Both the position numbers and the translations under genes were made by a program. Source: Candidatus Saccharimonadota bacterium (GTDB lineage: Bacteria > Patescibacteriota > Patescibacteriia > 2-12-FULL-60-25). From it: 32,000 bases of DNA. This document shows, one piece after another, positions 16,905 through 25,745 of this stretch. Below the pieces are notes generated by a model. The model was not told the origin of the DNA. It saw nothing but the letters and a program-made list of their open reading frames with translations, and searched no databases. How positions within the stretch are numbered: the first letter of the stretch is position 1; each line of letters starts with the position of its first letter. The stretch is from NCBI GenBank assembly GCA_022843095.1, contig JALHOH010000001.1, forward strand, positions 1 through 32,000, read 5' to 3'.

Positions 16905-18460
16905 CAAAACGCTCCAAAGACAGTGATTCCCTGACCCGTCCACGCTGCACGAACCGTGGGCAGCGAAGGCTCTCGGCGGGTCGCGCCGAGCACGAAGAGG
17001 CTCGTTCCTGCGACGAGGAGCGCGCCACCCGCGATCCAGCCCCCAACGGCGAGCGAACGAAGCGCCGTCTCTCCACTCGCGCCGCTCGAACGAATCCCAC
17101 CGAGCACCGAACCTTCATCACCAATCGTGAGCGAGCGAGACCGCACGATGTCCGCCCCAAACCACGCGGCCGTTCCGCCTCCCGCGAGCACGAGTCCTGA
17201 TGCGCCGAAGACGATGCCGAAGAGCAGCTGCGGGCCGTTCGGTGCCGCGTTCGTGACGCGCACCGGTGCAAGCGCGGTTGGAGCGGTCCGTGGCCGCACG
17301 CGCACGCGCACCTCGGGCAACGCGGTCGTCTCGCGCGCTGCGGCCGTCGTCGTTCCCGTCGAACGCGCGCGAAGGACGCGAGGAAGGTCGCTCCACTCGC
17401 GCTCGTTCACCTCGCGCACCACCGTGCGGGCGATCACGTCGACCACGACGAGCCGCCGTCCCTCGGGCCGAAACACGACGACGCGATCTGCGCCGAGCGC
17501 CGAGCCCAACACGGACACGTCCCCGATCATCCGCGCTTCGAGCTGACCCACGTTTTCATATCGAAGGGTCGGAGAGGTGCCGAGTTCGAGCGCGCGATCG
17601 AGCCCCATGTCGATCTGCACGGTGCTCGTGGTGCCCGCGCCAACGCTCACGCGGTGCACGAGCGACAACCGTCCGCCGCAGCGGATCGCGATGCGATGCG
17701 TTCCAGGGACGAGCCCTTGGAGTTGTGCGGGCGCATTGCCGAGGAAGATGCCGTTTCTCCGCACCTGACACGAGTCCGGAACGCTCTGCACGACGAGGGA
17801 GGCCGTCGCGAGCTGACGGACCTGCTCGCGGTATGCGTTGCGTACCGACTCGCCCGCGACACGCGCGGTGAGGGTCAGATCCGGCAGCGCTTCGACGAGC
17901 TTGCGGATGGCCTCGGCGGAGCGCGAGGGCTCGGACGTAACCGTCACGTTTGCGACGAAGAGCAGCGCCGAGATGAGCGCCTCGCGGTTCTCGCGCATGC
18001 GATCCAGCGCCTCGGGCTGCGCGAGCAAGAGATCGGCGTCGCGCTCGAGCGACTGGAGCGCAGGACGCGTGTCCGCCTCGTGGGAGGTTCCGAGGGCTTC
18101 GTTGTATTGCCTGCGGCTGCGAGGAACGCGCTCGCGTACCTCGCGAAGGGTGTCCCCGCTCGCGTCTGGCGCACCGTATCGTTCCTGCAACTGCGTGACG
18201 AGCGCGGGGCCGAGCACGAGCTGACCGCTCGCACCACGAGCGAGCGTCGAGAGGTCCGCGTCTGTGGCGGCAGGAGTGCCCCGCGGTGCGCTCGTCACGA
18301 CGACGAGCGGCACCGACTGCGCCTCAGCGCGTGCCTCCCATGCGAGCACCGCGAAGAGCGCGCCAAGCGCGAGTACCGCCCGTTCCGCCTTGGGCTTGCT
18401 GTGAGGCCGATCAACCACGGTTGTAGCCATCCACGACCTTCGATTCCGCATCCCCATCAT
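16904..18460 (-). CDS. Secreted/membrane PEGA-like domain protein (518 aa)
   Basis: Signal-like LALGALFAVLAWEARAEA. The central segment VVQSVPDSCQVRRNGIFLGNAPAQLQGLVPGTHRIAIRCGGRLSLVHRVSV resembles a PEGA domain. Two C-terminal hydrophobic segments. Confidence 0.55.
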   Translation of the reverse strand: MMGMRNRRSWMATTVVDRPHSKPKAERAVLALGALFAVLAWEARAEAQSVPLVVVTSAPRGTPAATDADLSTLARGASGQLVLGPALVTQLQERYGAPDASGDTLREVRERVPRSRRQYNEALGTSHEADTRPALQSLERDADLLLAQPEALDRMRENREALISALLFVANVTVTSEPSRSAEAIRKLVEALPDLTLTARVAGESVRNAYREQVRQLATASLVVQSVPDSCQVRRNGIFLGNAPAQLQGLVPGTHRIAIRCGGRLSLVHRVSVGAGTTSTVQIDMGLDRALELGTSPTLRYENVGQLEARMIGDVSVLGSALGADRVVVFRPEGRRLVVVDVIARTVVREVNEREWSDLPRVLRARSTGTTTAAARETTALPEVRVRVRPRTAPTALAPVRVTNAAPNGPQLLFGIVFGASGLVLAGGGTAAWFGADIVRSRSLTIGDEGSVLGGIRSSGASGETALRSLAVGGWIAGGALLVAGTSLFVLGATRREPSLPTVRAAWTGQGITVFGAF

Positions 18461-18490
18461 GAGCTGTCCTCATTTCCCGATCGCGCACGG

Positions 18491-18934
18491 CTACGTGCTC
18501 GCGTCGAGCCCCTTTCGCGTCACCTGGTACTCCGTCGCGCGGGTGGCTCCGCGCTTTGCGATCAACTCGTCGTCGTAGAGCACGCGGAGCGCCTGGGAAA
18601 TCGCGTGCCGATCCGGAGCCGCGGCGAGCTCACGCTTGATGCCCTCGGCCGTCATCCACGCCTTGCTTCGCACGAGCACCGAGAGAATCTCGACGCTCAA
18701 CGGACGTGCGTTCGAGGGGGCGGTGCGTGGAGCCTTTCCGCGCGCGGACTTCGTACGCGGCTTCTTTGGCGCGCGAGCGGCAGGACGAGCACTAGGCGGC
18801 GTGGCGGGAGGCGCATCGCGATCCACCGCGGGCGCGAGTTTGTGAAGCGGAAGCGTCACGAGGAGGCGGATCACGCCGTCGGCGAGCTCTTCGGCGAGCG
18901 CGCGGATGGTGCGGTGGAGTTCGGTGTTGGTCAT
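18491..18934 (-). CDS. Putative winged-helix DNA-binding protein (147 aa)
   Basis: ATG at 18934. A basic, low-complexity middle part is followed by a C-terminal wHTH-like segment, SVEILSVLVRSKAWMTAEGIKRELA...ISQALRVLYDDELIAKRG. Confidence 0.45.
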   Translation of the reverse strand: MTNTELHRTIRALAEELADGVIRLLVTLPLHKLAPAVDRDAPPATPPSARPAARAPKKPRTKSARGKAPRTAPSNARPLSVEILSVLVRSKAWMTAEGIKRELAAAPDRHAISQALRVLYDDELIAKRGATRATEYQVTRKGLDAST

Positions 18935-19037
18935 GGCACGAGTCCAGGAGAGCGTCGCCCACAGCAGGGCTGCTTCTGCGGGTGGTACACGAAACGACGG
19001 CAAACGTCGCTTGGTTCACGACAGAAGGGGTGCATCT

Positions 19038-19646
19038 TCACCCGCCGTTCGCCTTCGGGACGGGGAGCGAACTGGGCGCACCTCCCTGCGCGACGAACCA
19101 CACAACGTCCACCAGCACGCGGTGCATCGTCTTGCCTCCGGACTTCTGGCGGACACTCGCGAGCTGTCCTTCCACGGTCCGAACGGACACGCTGAGGCGC
19201 GCCGCTGTGCCCTCTGGCGTGTGTCCCGCCACGGCGAGCGCAAGAACGCGGGCTTCTGCGCCCGAGAGTCCGAGCTGGTCCGCGTATGCCGACAGCGCGC
19301 GATCGAGCTCGGTGAGCGCGGGGCAGAGCGCGTGCACGAACCGCGAAACGGTGGCGCGAACGGTTCCCACGGAGGCGAGAAAGAGCCGGTCTGCGGCGCG
19401 TGAAAACGCAGCGCTGCTGAACGAGGGACAGAGCACGCACACGAGCACGTTGCGGTGTTCTTCGAGCAGACCACGCACGAGGCGGTTGTGTGGCGCGTTG
19501 AGAACGATGCCGTGGGGCCACGCTGCGGGCGCAGTGAGCGCGTCGACCGCGTCCACCGCCTCGACGTAGCAGAGCGGCGGGATGAGCTCCTCGACCACCG
19601 TCCGCACGGCGGCATCGTCCCGGAGAAAACGAACGCGTGGCATCAT
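19038..19646 (-). CDS. LuxR/GerE-family transcriptional regulator
   Basis: C-terminal LSGAEARVLALAVAGHTPEGTAARLSVSVRTVEGQLASVRQKSG is a GerE-type HTH. The N-terminal part looks like a degenerate receiver. Confidence 0.75.
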   Translation of the reverse strand: MMPRVRFLRDDAAVRTVVEELIPPLCYVEAVDAVDALTAPAAWPHGIVLNAPHNRLVRGLLEEHRNVLVCVLCPSFSSAAFSRAADRLFLASVGTVRATVSRFVHALCPALTELDRALSAYADQLGLSGAEARVLALAVAGHTPEGTAARLSVSVRTVEGQLASVRQKSGGKTMHRVLVDVVWFVAQGGAPSSLPVPKANGG

Positions 19647-19863
19647 GGGCGCGCTATCCACGAGCGCGCGGCGAGGTTGCGGGAGGGCGGTCGTTTTTCT
19701 CGCTCGCGTGGCCGAACGCGCAGCTCAAGCCCTACAAGCAGCGGAACCGGGACGCGCCCCGCGCTGCTGCAGCACAACGGTCACGAGGCACGCCACCAAG
19801 ATCTGTCACAGCTCAGCAACCCGGAGGACGATCAACGCGTGTGTTTTCGCGCCGTTCGTCGAG

Positions 19864-20721
19864 CTACTCGTATGTCGCAAACCCCGCCGCACGCTCGGCG
19901 CGAAACTCAAGCGACTCCGCGCCCATCGGCACTCGAACGGTGCGCGCGAAGGACACCCTCATGCGCCGCCGTGGAAGTGGTCGGAGCAACGCCATGACCT
20001 CCGCAGGAACGTCCATGCGACCGGCGCTCGCGGGCGCGACGCAGTGCACGAGATGGGAGCCGCCCGCCGACTCTACCCAGCTCAGCACCACGCGAAGTTC
20101 GAGTCCTGGATCGTTGTTCGGCAACCAGCGCACCGTGATGTTCGCAGGCAGCGGCTGTGGAACATCGGGACCGGTCGGTTCGGTCACGGTTGGGACCGGC
20201 GGGACGACGAGAGCTGCTTCGAAGCCTGATGCGTCTTGCCCACTCGCGCGAATCCGAACCTCATCCCCTGCGCGCGGAACTGGTTGAGTGATTCCAAGCA
20301 TGTACCCGTTTTCGGTGGCGGGAGGAGCCGTGCGTTGTTGTCCGGCCCAGCGCACAACGAGCTCACCAGCGCTGCGATATTGTGTCGTCGCCGATGTGAC
20401 AGTGTGCGTGCATCCGCCGACCAACGTCATCGTGACGTCCCCTCTCTCAATCGACCAGATGCTTCCATACAATAAGAAGTAGTCGTCCGTTGCCGACTCC
20501 GAGAATCGGCTAAGCAGCAACACACGACCGCTAAGCGGTCCGAGCGGTGCCGCATCTTGAGGTGGCTCGACGACCACACGATCGTCCGGCGCATCCAGTG
20601 GCACATCAGCCGCCGCGTCGTCGGTCGTCGCGCCATCGAGCGACGGCGATACGGCGACACCGCACCCGAGCATCGGAGCGCAGCTCAATACCACGAAAAG
20701 AGCGATCTGATTGAGACTCAT
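19864..20721 (-). CDS. Putative lipoprotein (285 aa)
   Basis: MSLNQIALFVVLSCAPMLGCG looks like a signal peptide with lipobox. ATGA overlap with the upstream Cys-rich gene (20718-20721). Confidence 0.55.
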   Translation of the reverse strand: MSLNQIALFVVLSCAPMLGCGVAVSPSLDGATTDDAAADVPLDAPDDRVVVEPPQDAAPLGPLSGRVLLLSRFSESATDDYFLLYGSIWSIERGDVTMTLVGGCTHTVTSATTQYRSAGELVVRWAGQQRTAPPATENGYMLGITQPVPRAGDEVRIRASGQDASGFEAALVVPPVPTVTEPTGPDVPQPLPANITVRWLPNNDPGLELRVVLSWVESAGGSHLVHCVAPASAGRMDVPAEVMALLRPLPRRRMRVSFARTVRVPMGAESLEFRAERAAGFATYE

Positions 20722-23129
20722 GGGCAAAGACCGTCCTGAGTGTCCATGCCCCGTGGGGGCACGCACTGCCCCTGAAACGCAACCCACGGGGCATCGCAGG
20801 GGCGAACCATGCAGCCGGTGCAGGTCGGCTGACCGCATCCGCCGCACCCATTGCACAAGTTGTTCGAACCGCATTGCGCCCGATTCGAAAGCAGCGAGTC
20901 CGTCGCCCGCTGGCAGTACTGCCCGTCGCAGCAGGGCTGCCCATTCAGTCCGCACGCGACGCAGACTCCGGGGCCATCCGTCGCGGCGTTGTGTCGCGCG
21001 TCCGTTGGATTGCCTGCCGACTGCACGCACGCGAGCCCCAAAGGACCACATCGACGAGGCGTCAGCGCGTTCGGAGCGGCGGGAGGACAAATCAACTCTT
21101 CGGTGAGATCGACTTGGCGTCGCTGCTCGCCGCAGACGTTCGAGGCGAACAGGCCTGGAACGAAGTCATCGGGGACGGCCGTCCCTGCGAGCGTCTGGAG
21201 CGGCGTTCGCGGTGCACCGACAGTCACGCTGGGAGGCGTCCCGATGCGAGCCGTAACGGCGACGTTCGCGACGTTCGAGAGGTCCAAGTCGCAGCAAGGA
21301 TCCCCGGGTTGAACACCGCAACGAACGCAGGTGTTGTTCGCGCCGCAGATTCCGCCAGCGCGACAACGAGACCCCTGAGGAATGCGCGTCGGACCTCCAG
21401 GCAGCGACTGAAATGCCAGTCCGTTGCCCGTGGCTTCTGGGCAGCACGCCTGCCCGAGATCACCACAACGTTGTCCGGGCGGCATCGACGGCGCGCCGGG
21501 CGGATCACTCACAGCGTCCGTTTGTCGCCGATCGCGGCAGACGCCTGCGGCGCACACGAGGTTCGGAAGCACGACCGAGCCTTGGCCGTTCGCGATCAGG
21601 TTCGGGCCCGCCGCGACCCCGCAGGTCGCGCGTCCAAGCCCTTCGCAACAACGCTCGCCCTCCTGTCCGCATGGCATGCACACGGGTGAAGGGGGTGTCC
21701 CGGTGCTTGGGATGCTGCCCGCGACCGTTCCCGGCGCTGGCTGCGGCCACGGATTCGCCGTGAGTCGACGGCCCGCCATTGGCGTGCATGCGGTGTTGCC
21801 CGGACATCTGGGCGCGTTGGGATCGGTTGACGTCTCGATCGCAGGATCGCACCCACGACGACACACGCGCTGAATGCTGCCCGAAGGCTGCGTCGCTCCT
21901 GGTGGATTGTACGGCACGCATCGCGCGGGCATGGTCCCCTGTTGGCAGCAGTCCGAGTCCTGATCGCAACCTTGACCTTGCTGTCGGCAACACGCGTAGC
22001 TGTTGCTGTGATCGTTCGTCGCCCCGCGCAGATGCGTGTTCGGCTGGCAGCTGTCGCAGCCAAGGACACACGGATTCAAGTTCTCCGGCTGCGCTGGTGA
22101 GCCCGCGGGTTCGAGCGCGGTGTACTGCCGGTTCGACACCACGAACTGCTGCTCCTGCGTGCCGGGACGAAGCATCGGGCAACGACCGCTCGGCAGTCGG
22201 GGGAAGCCCGGGCACCAGTCCTGGAGCGACTGAATCGTGTCGGTGGTCGGCCGTGACTCGTATGACGGCAGCGTGCCGCACGTCGCGCTGTGCGGCGTCG
22301 CACGCACGCAGACAGCGACGACGTTTGTCCCTGGGCTACCGAGGTTTGACGGATTGCGTGAGTGCAGCTCACAACGATAGTCGTAGGTGCCGCGCCCGAG
22401 TACCCCGTCACTCACTGGAGGCTGGCAGGCTGCGTTCACGACGGTGGACGGAGCGTTGACGACCGCATCGCATCGCCGCAGGCACACCGTTCCCCGCCCA
22501 CGCGGCGTGCTCGCTCCATCAGGGCGACGCATACACGCGAGACCAGGACCACACGGGCTACACGCGGTGAAGCCGGTCGCGGGCGGGTTCAACACGTTGG
22601 CAAAGTCCGCGTCACAGTCTTCCTGCCCTTCTGCGAGGAGAAGCGAACACAGACCCGGCGCGTTTCGGACGCCGAGCGGTCCACACGTCACGCTGCGGCA
22701 GAACTGTCCCGGCGTTTGAAGGCACGGGTTATTGATCGAGCCGAGGGGCGTGTGTGGGTCACACACGGGCGAGACCGGCCCCTGCTCGGGCGGCGGCGTG
22801 ATCGCGCGACAGACTCCCTCACCGGGCTGACACACGCGATCTCCGCTCAACGGGCACGGCTCGCAACGGAGGTTCGGCCCGCAGACATACGCGGGACGCG
22901 AGCCCGGCACGCATGGATCGAGGTCGCAGCTCGCGCCGTCGCGGTTCGAGACTGCCGCGCACTGACCGACGCAGACCTTTCGCTGTCCAGCCGGACACGG
23001 CCCAACGAACCCACGACCGGGATTGTTGCTGGGATCAACGGTCGGCGAGCACGACGCGAGCACGACGAACATCGTCACCCAGATCGAGATGAACAGCCAC
23101 CGCTCAGTCGCTCTTTTCTTGGAACCCAT
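20718..23129 (-). CDS. Very large cysteine-rich lipoprotein (803 aa)
   Basis: MGSKKRATERWLFISIWVTMFVVLASC is a signal with a LASC lipobox. AGGAG lies upstream of the ATG at 23129. Cysteines are very frequent throughout the protein (not counted), with recurrent CG-x2-G-x(1-2)-CC modules (PCGQEGERCC, RCGDLGQACC, RCGVQPGDPCC, ACGLNGQPCC). Confidence 0.7.
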   Translation of the reverse strand: MGSKKRATERWLFISIWVTMFVVLASCSPTVDPSNNPGRGFVGPCPAGQRKVCVGQCAAVSNRDGASCDLDPCVPGSRPAYVCGPNLRCEPCPLSGDRVCQPGEGVCRAITPPPEQGPVSPVCDPHTPLGSINNPCLQTPGQFCRSVTCGPLGVRNAPGLCSLLLAEGQEDCDADFANVLNPPATGFTACSPCGPGLACMRRPDGASTPRGRGTVCLRRCDAVVNAPSTVVNAACQPPVSDGVLGRGTYDYRCELHSRNPSNLGSPGTNVVAVCVRATPHSATCGTLPSYESRPTTDTIQSLQDWCPGFPRLPSGRCPMLRPGTQEQQFVVSNRQYTALEPAGSPAQPENLNPCVLGCDSCQPNTHLRGATNDHSNSYACCRQQGQGCDQDSDCCQQGTMPARCVPYNPPGATQPSGSIQRVCRRGCDPAIETSTDPNAPRCPGNTACTPMAGRRLTANPWPQPAPGTVAGSIPSTGTPPSPVCMPCGQEGERCCEGLGRATCGVAAGPNLIANGQGSVVLPNLVCAAGVCRDRRQTDAVSDPPGAPSMPPGQRCGDLGQACCPEATGNGLAFQSLPGGPTRIPQGSRCRAGGICGANNTCVRCGVQPGDPCCDLDLSNVANVAVTARIGTPPSVTVGAPRTPLQTLAGTAVPDDFVPGLFASNVCGEQRRQVDLTEELICPPAAPNALTPRRCGPLGLACVQSAGNPTDARHNAATDGPGVCVACGLNGQPCCDGQYCQRATDSLLSNRAQCGSNNLCNGCGGCGQPTCTGCMVRPCDAPWVAFQGQCVPPRGMDTQDGLCP

Positions 23130-23354
23130 CGTCTTCTCCTGTCCCGTCGAGACCCCACGGAGACCGCGCTGCAAGACCGCCGAAAAAACTGCCTCCGGCG
23201 GCGCTCCTGTTCACGGAGAGCTGGGGTGTTTGCACCGTCACTAACTGACTTCTTCCGCGCGCAAAGACGCGAGGATCGTGTCGTAGCGACGACGGGCAGG
23301 AGCTGTCATGCGTACCAGTACCTATGCGCGGACGATTTCCATCATCCGCGTCGG

Positions 23355-24638
23355 TCACTCGAGCTGCGCGCGGAGCTGGGCGTCGCGCCGAGCGCGGGGC
23401 GTGCCATATCGCTCACGCGAGATGCGCCGGATGAGCGCGTCTTGCCCGGCACGTTCGTCATCCTCGAATGGTGGCAACGTCTCCGCCGTGAAGGGTGCGG
23501 AGGTTGTGCCGTTCACGGCGAGACGAAGCGCGATCTGGTGGCGCGCGAGCTTCGTGAGGTCCTCTGCGCGAAGCTCTGGCGCATACAACGGCGCGAGTTG
23601 CTCCGCGTCCTCGGGCCCCACGCGAAACACGGTGGTTGTCCCTGCGTTCCCGAGCACCGCTCGGCCGAGCGCGGGAGAGAGCTGCGCCATGTGCTGGTGC
23701 GCGAGCACGAGCGCGAGGCCAAACTTCCGCGCCTCCACCAAGAGATCCCCGAAGCTCTCCGTCGCGAAAGACGGGAACTCGTCGACGTAGAGCGTGAAGG
23801 GACGGCGCGCGCTCGGGGCCACATCCGCACGCGCATACGCCGCGAGCTGGAACTGACCGAGCAAAAGCGCGCCCAAGAACATCGACGCGTCCTCGCCCAT
23901 CCGTCCCTTCGCGAGGCTCGCGAGCAGCACTCGTCCTTCGTCCATGATCTCGCGCGCAGAGACCGTCGTACGAACCTGCCCAACGATCCCGCGGAGCAGC
24001 GGGTGCGTCAGCGCTGCCGCGATCTTGTTCTGCACGGGGCTCGCCATCTCTGCGCGAAACGCAGGCGGATACGACGGGTACTCCCTCTCCCAGAAGAATC
24101 GCACGATGGGGTTCTGCACCGAGCGCAGCACACGCGCGCGGAAGCGCTCCTCGACCAACATGCGCAGCACGCCGAGCAGCGTTGCGTCACGCACGTCTGC
24201 GAGCGCGAAGAGCGCGTTGCGCAGGAGATGTTCCAGCCGCGGTCCCCACGAGTCGCCGTATACTTTTTTGAACACCGAGAGGACGCCCGAGACGACGAGC
24301 TCGGGTGCTGGTGCGTCGTGCATGTCGAGCGGGTTCAGGCCCACGGGAGCCTCTCGCTCGCTACCATCCACGAGCACGACATCGTTCGTGCGTTCGCGCG
24401 GGACGAAGTCGAGCAGTCGTTCGACCAGGTCTCCGTGCGGATCAAGGAGCCCGACGCCATGCCCTGCGCGCAGCTCTGCGACGAAGAGCCGCTCGATCAG
24501 CACCGACTTGCCGGCACCCGTCTGCCCGATGATGTGGATGTGCCGGGCTGCGTCCGTCGCACGAATTGCAACGATCCGGCCTCGTCCGAGCCGGTGATCG
24601 ATGCGCGCGAAGGGAAGGAGCGACCGGCTGGAGTCCAT
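23355..24638 (-). CDS. T4SS coupling-protein-like (VirD4/TraD/TrwB-type) P-loop ATPase lacking N-terminal TM helices (427 aa)
   Basis: HIIGQTGAGKS (Walker A), GLLDPHGDL, LYVDEFPSFA (Walker B) and LVLAHQHMAQL. I chose the start at ATG 24638 because the upstream extension is antisense to the paralogous plus-strand genes. Confidence 0.65.
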   Translation of the reverse strand: MDSSRSLLPFARIDHRLGRGRIVAIRATDAARHIHIIGQTGAGKSVLIERLFVAELRAGHGVGLLDPHGDLVERLLDFVPRERTNDVVLVDGSEREAPVGLNPLDMHDAPAPELVVSGVLSVFKKVYGDSWGPRLEHLLRNALFALADVRDATLLGVLRMLVEERFRARVLRSVQNPIVRFFWEREYPSYPPAFRAEMASPVQNKIAAALTHPLLRGIVGQVRTTVSAREIMDEGRVLLASLAKGRMGEDASMFLGALLLGQFQLAAYARADVAPSARRPFTLYVDEFPSFATESFGDLLVEARKFGLALVLAHQHMAQLSPALGRAVLGNAGTTTVFRVGPEDAEQLAPLYAPELRAEDLTKLARHQIALRLAVNGTTSAPFTAETLPPFEDDERAGQDALIRRISRERYGTPRARRDAQLRAQLE

Positions 24639-24692
24639 AGGAAAAGAGCGTGCGGTTGACGCGGAGGGCGTCCGTGGATACCGCGAACGATC

Positions 24693-25142
24693 ATGTACAA
24701 AAACGGGAGAGACGTGCTCCGTGCGAGCGGTGCAGCGCAGAGCCTTCACGACGAGGTGATCGCGATCGCTGCGGCGCAGATCGAGGACGATGGGTACATC
24801 GTCGAGACGAACCCTGGACCCGAGAAGAACCGCTCCATCGCGAAGGGCCAGTGGCCGGACATCGTCGCGTCTTCGACGAACGAGGCGAGGAGCACGCTCT
24901 TCCTCGAATGGGTCTTCGAGGTCGAGACCGCGGACTCGGTCACCCGCGAGCAGGCCGTGAACCAATGGGCGGGATACGCAGAGACGGCCTCGGCGCTCGC
25001 GGCGCGCTTCGCGCTCATTGTCCCCTTCGAGTCGGTCGCCCAGGCGCGGGCGCTGCTCGATGAATACGGCATCGAAGGACCGCTCTTCTACTTCGAGCAG
25101 AACAAAGGCAAGGTCACCGTCTCGCTCGATGACCAGCGGTAG
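24693..25142 (+). CDS. 149-aa restriction-endonuclease-fold-like protein, paralog A
   Basis: Shares an ordered motif series with 25244..25693: LHDxVIA, GYxV, PD(I/L)(V/I), F(V/E)(I/V)EVETxDSVT, QWxxYAE, (I/V)VP. The PD...E-V-E pattern fits a variant PD-(D/E)xK core. Confidence 0.6.
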   Translation: MYKNGRDVLRASGAAQSLHDEVIAIAAAQIEDDGYIVETNPGPEKNRSIAKGQWPDIVASSTNEARSTLFLEWVFEVETADSVTREQAVNQWAGYAETASALAARFALIVPFESVAQARALLDEYGIEGPLFYFEQNKGKVTVSLDDQR

Positions 25143-25243
25143 CGGGGGAAGCGCGCGAAGATGGCGCGCCGCGCAGAACACCACGCCGAGCGTGAGGCTC
25201 CGTGGATTGACATCGCCGCCGTGCTGCGCGATCCCCCATTCGT

Positions 25244-25693
25244 ATGACGGGACGGACACGCACGGCAGCGGCGAGCGACCTGCACGACCGCGTCATCGCG
25301 GAGGCGACAGACAACCTGATCGGCGGTGGATATGACGTTGGAGCGAACGCGGGTTCCTCCAAGCGGTTTGTCTTCGCGGACACGCTTTATCCTGACCTCA
25401 TCGTCGGCGAGTTCACCGAGATGCAGACCGGCAGTCTCTCCATCGAGCCCTCGTTCGTGATCGAGGTCGAGACGAGCGACTCCGTCACCGCGGCCGAGGC
25501 CGAACGGCAGTGGAAGCCATACGCGGAAGCAGCGTTCGAGCGCCACATCGACTTCATCCTCGTCGTTCCCGTCGCAGAGATCCTGAAGGCGGAGGACCTC
25601 TGCGAGCGCTTCGATGTCACGGCTCGGGTCATCGGGTACACGGAGAGCGCACGTGGCGTCGTCGTGATCGACTGGGAGGGCGCAGGACTGTAG
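25244..25693 (+). CDS. 149-aa restriction-endonuclease-fold-like protein, paralog B
   Basis: Same length and same motif order as 24693..25142 (DLHDRVIAEA...YPDLIV...FVIEVETSDSVTAAEAERQWKPYAEAA...FILVVP). Confidence 0.6.
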   Translation: MTGRTRTAAASDLHDRVIAEATDNLIGGGYDVGANAGSSKRFVFADTLYPDLIVGEFTEMQTGSLSIEPSFVIEVETSDSVTAAEAERQWKPYAEAAFERHIDFILVVPVAEILKAEDLCERFDVTARVIGYTESARGVVVIDWEGAGL

Positions 25694-25745
25694 CGAGGCG
25701 GGCGCCTTGACCGTCGGACCGAGGGAGCGCCACCATGCAGGGCGT

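Noticed and set aside
17654-19195. 513-aa plus-strand ORF
   Set aside because: It is antisense to the PEGA-like, wHTH and LuxR genes, and its composition is arginine-rich junk.
23288-23302. GGGCAGG match to the tRNA-Tyr acceptor end, considered as a candidate attL
   Set aside because: It is only a 7-nt identity in GC-rich DNA, and the flanking bases do not match the tRNA.
23478-23492. TGGCAA-N5-CCGC (and TGGCAT-N5-TCGC at about 31428-31442) as sigma-54 promoters
   Set aside because: Both lie inside coding sequences, have weak -12 elements, and have no downstream gene in a sensible position.
22362-24659. 765-aa plus-strand ORF
   Set aside because: It spans the antisense of both the Cys-rich lipoprotein gene and the coupling-protein gene. 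It is R/E/H-rich and carries no motif, whereas the minus-strand genes carry clear signal-peptide and P-loop features.
24639-25259. N-terminal extension of the coupling-protein ORF (and similar extensions at 7360-7545, 16414-16677, 20722-21090, 12674-12967)
   Set aside because: The extensions are R/D/L-rich junk and are antisense to better-supported genes. They also precede obvious signal peptides or P-loops. The internal starts have SDs or ATGA coupling.
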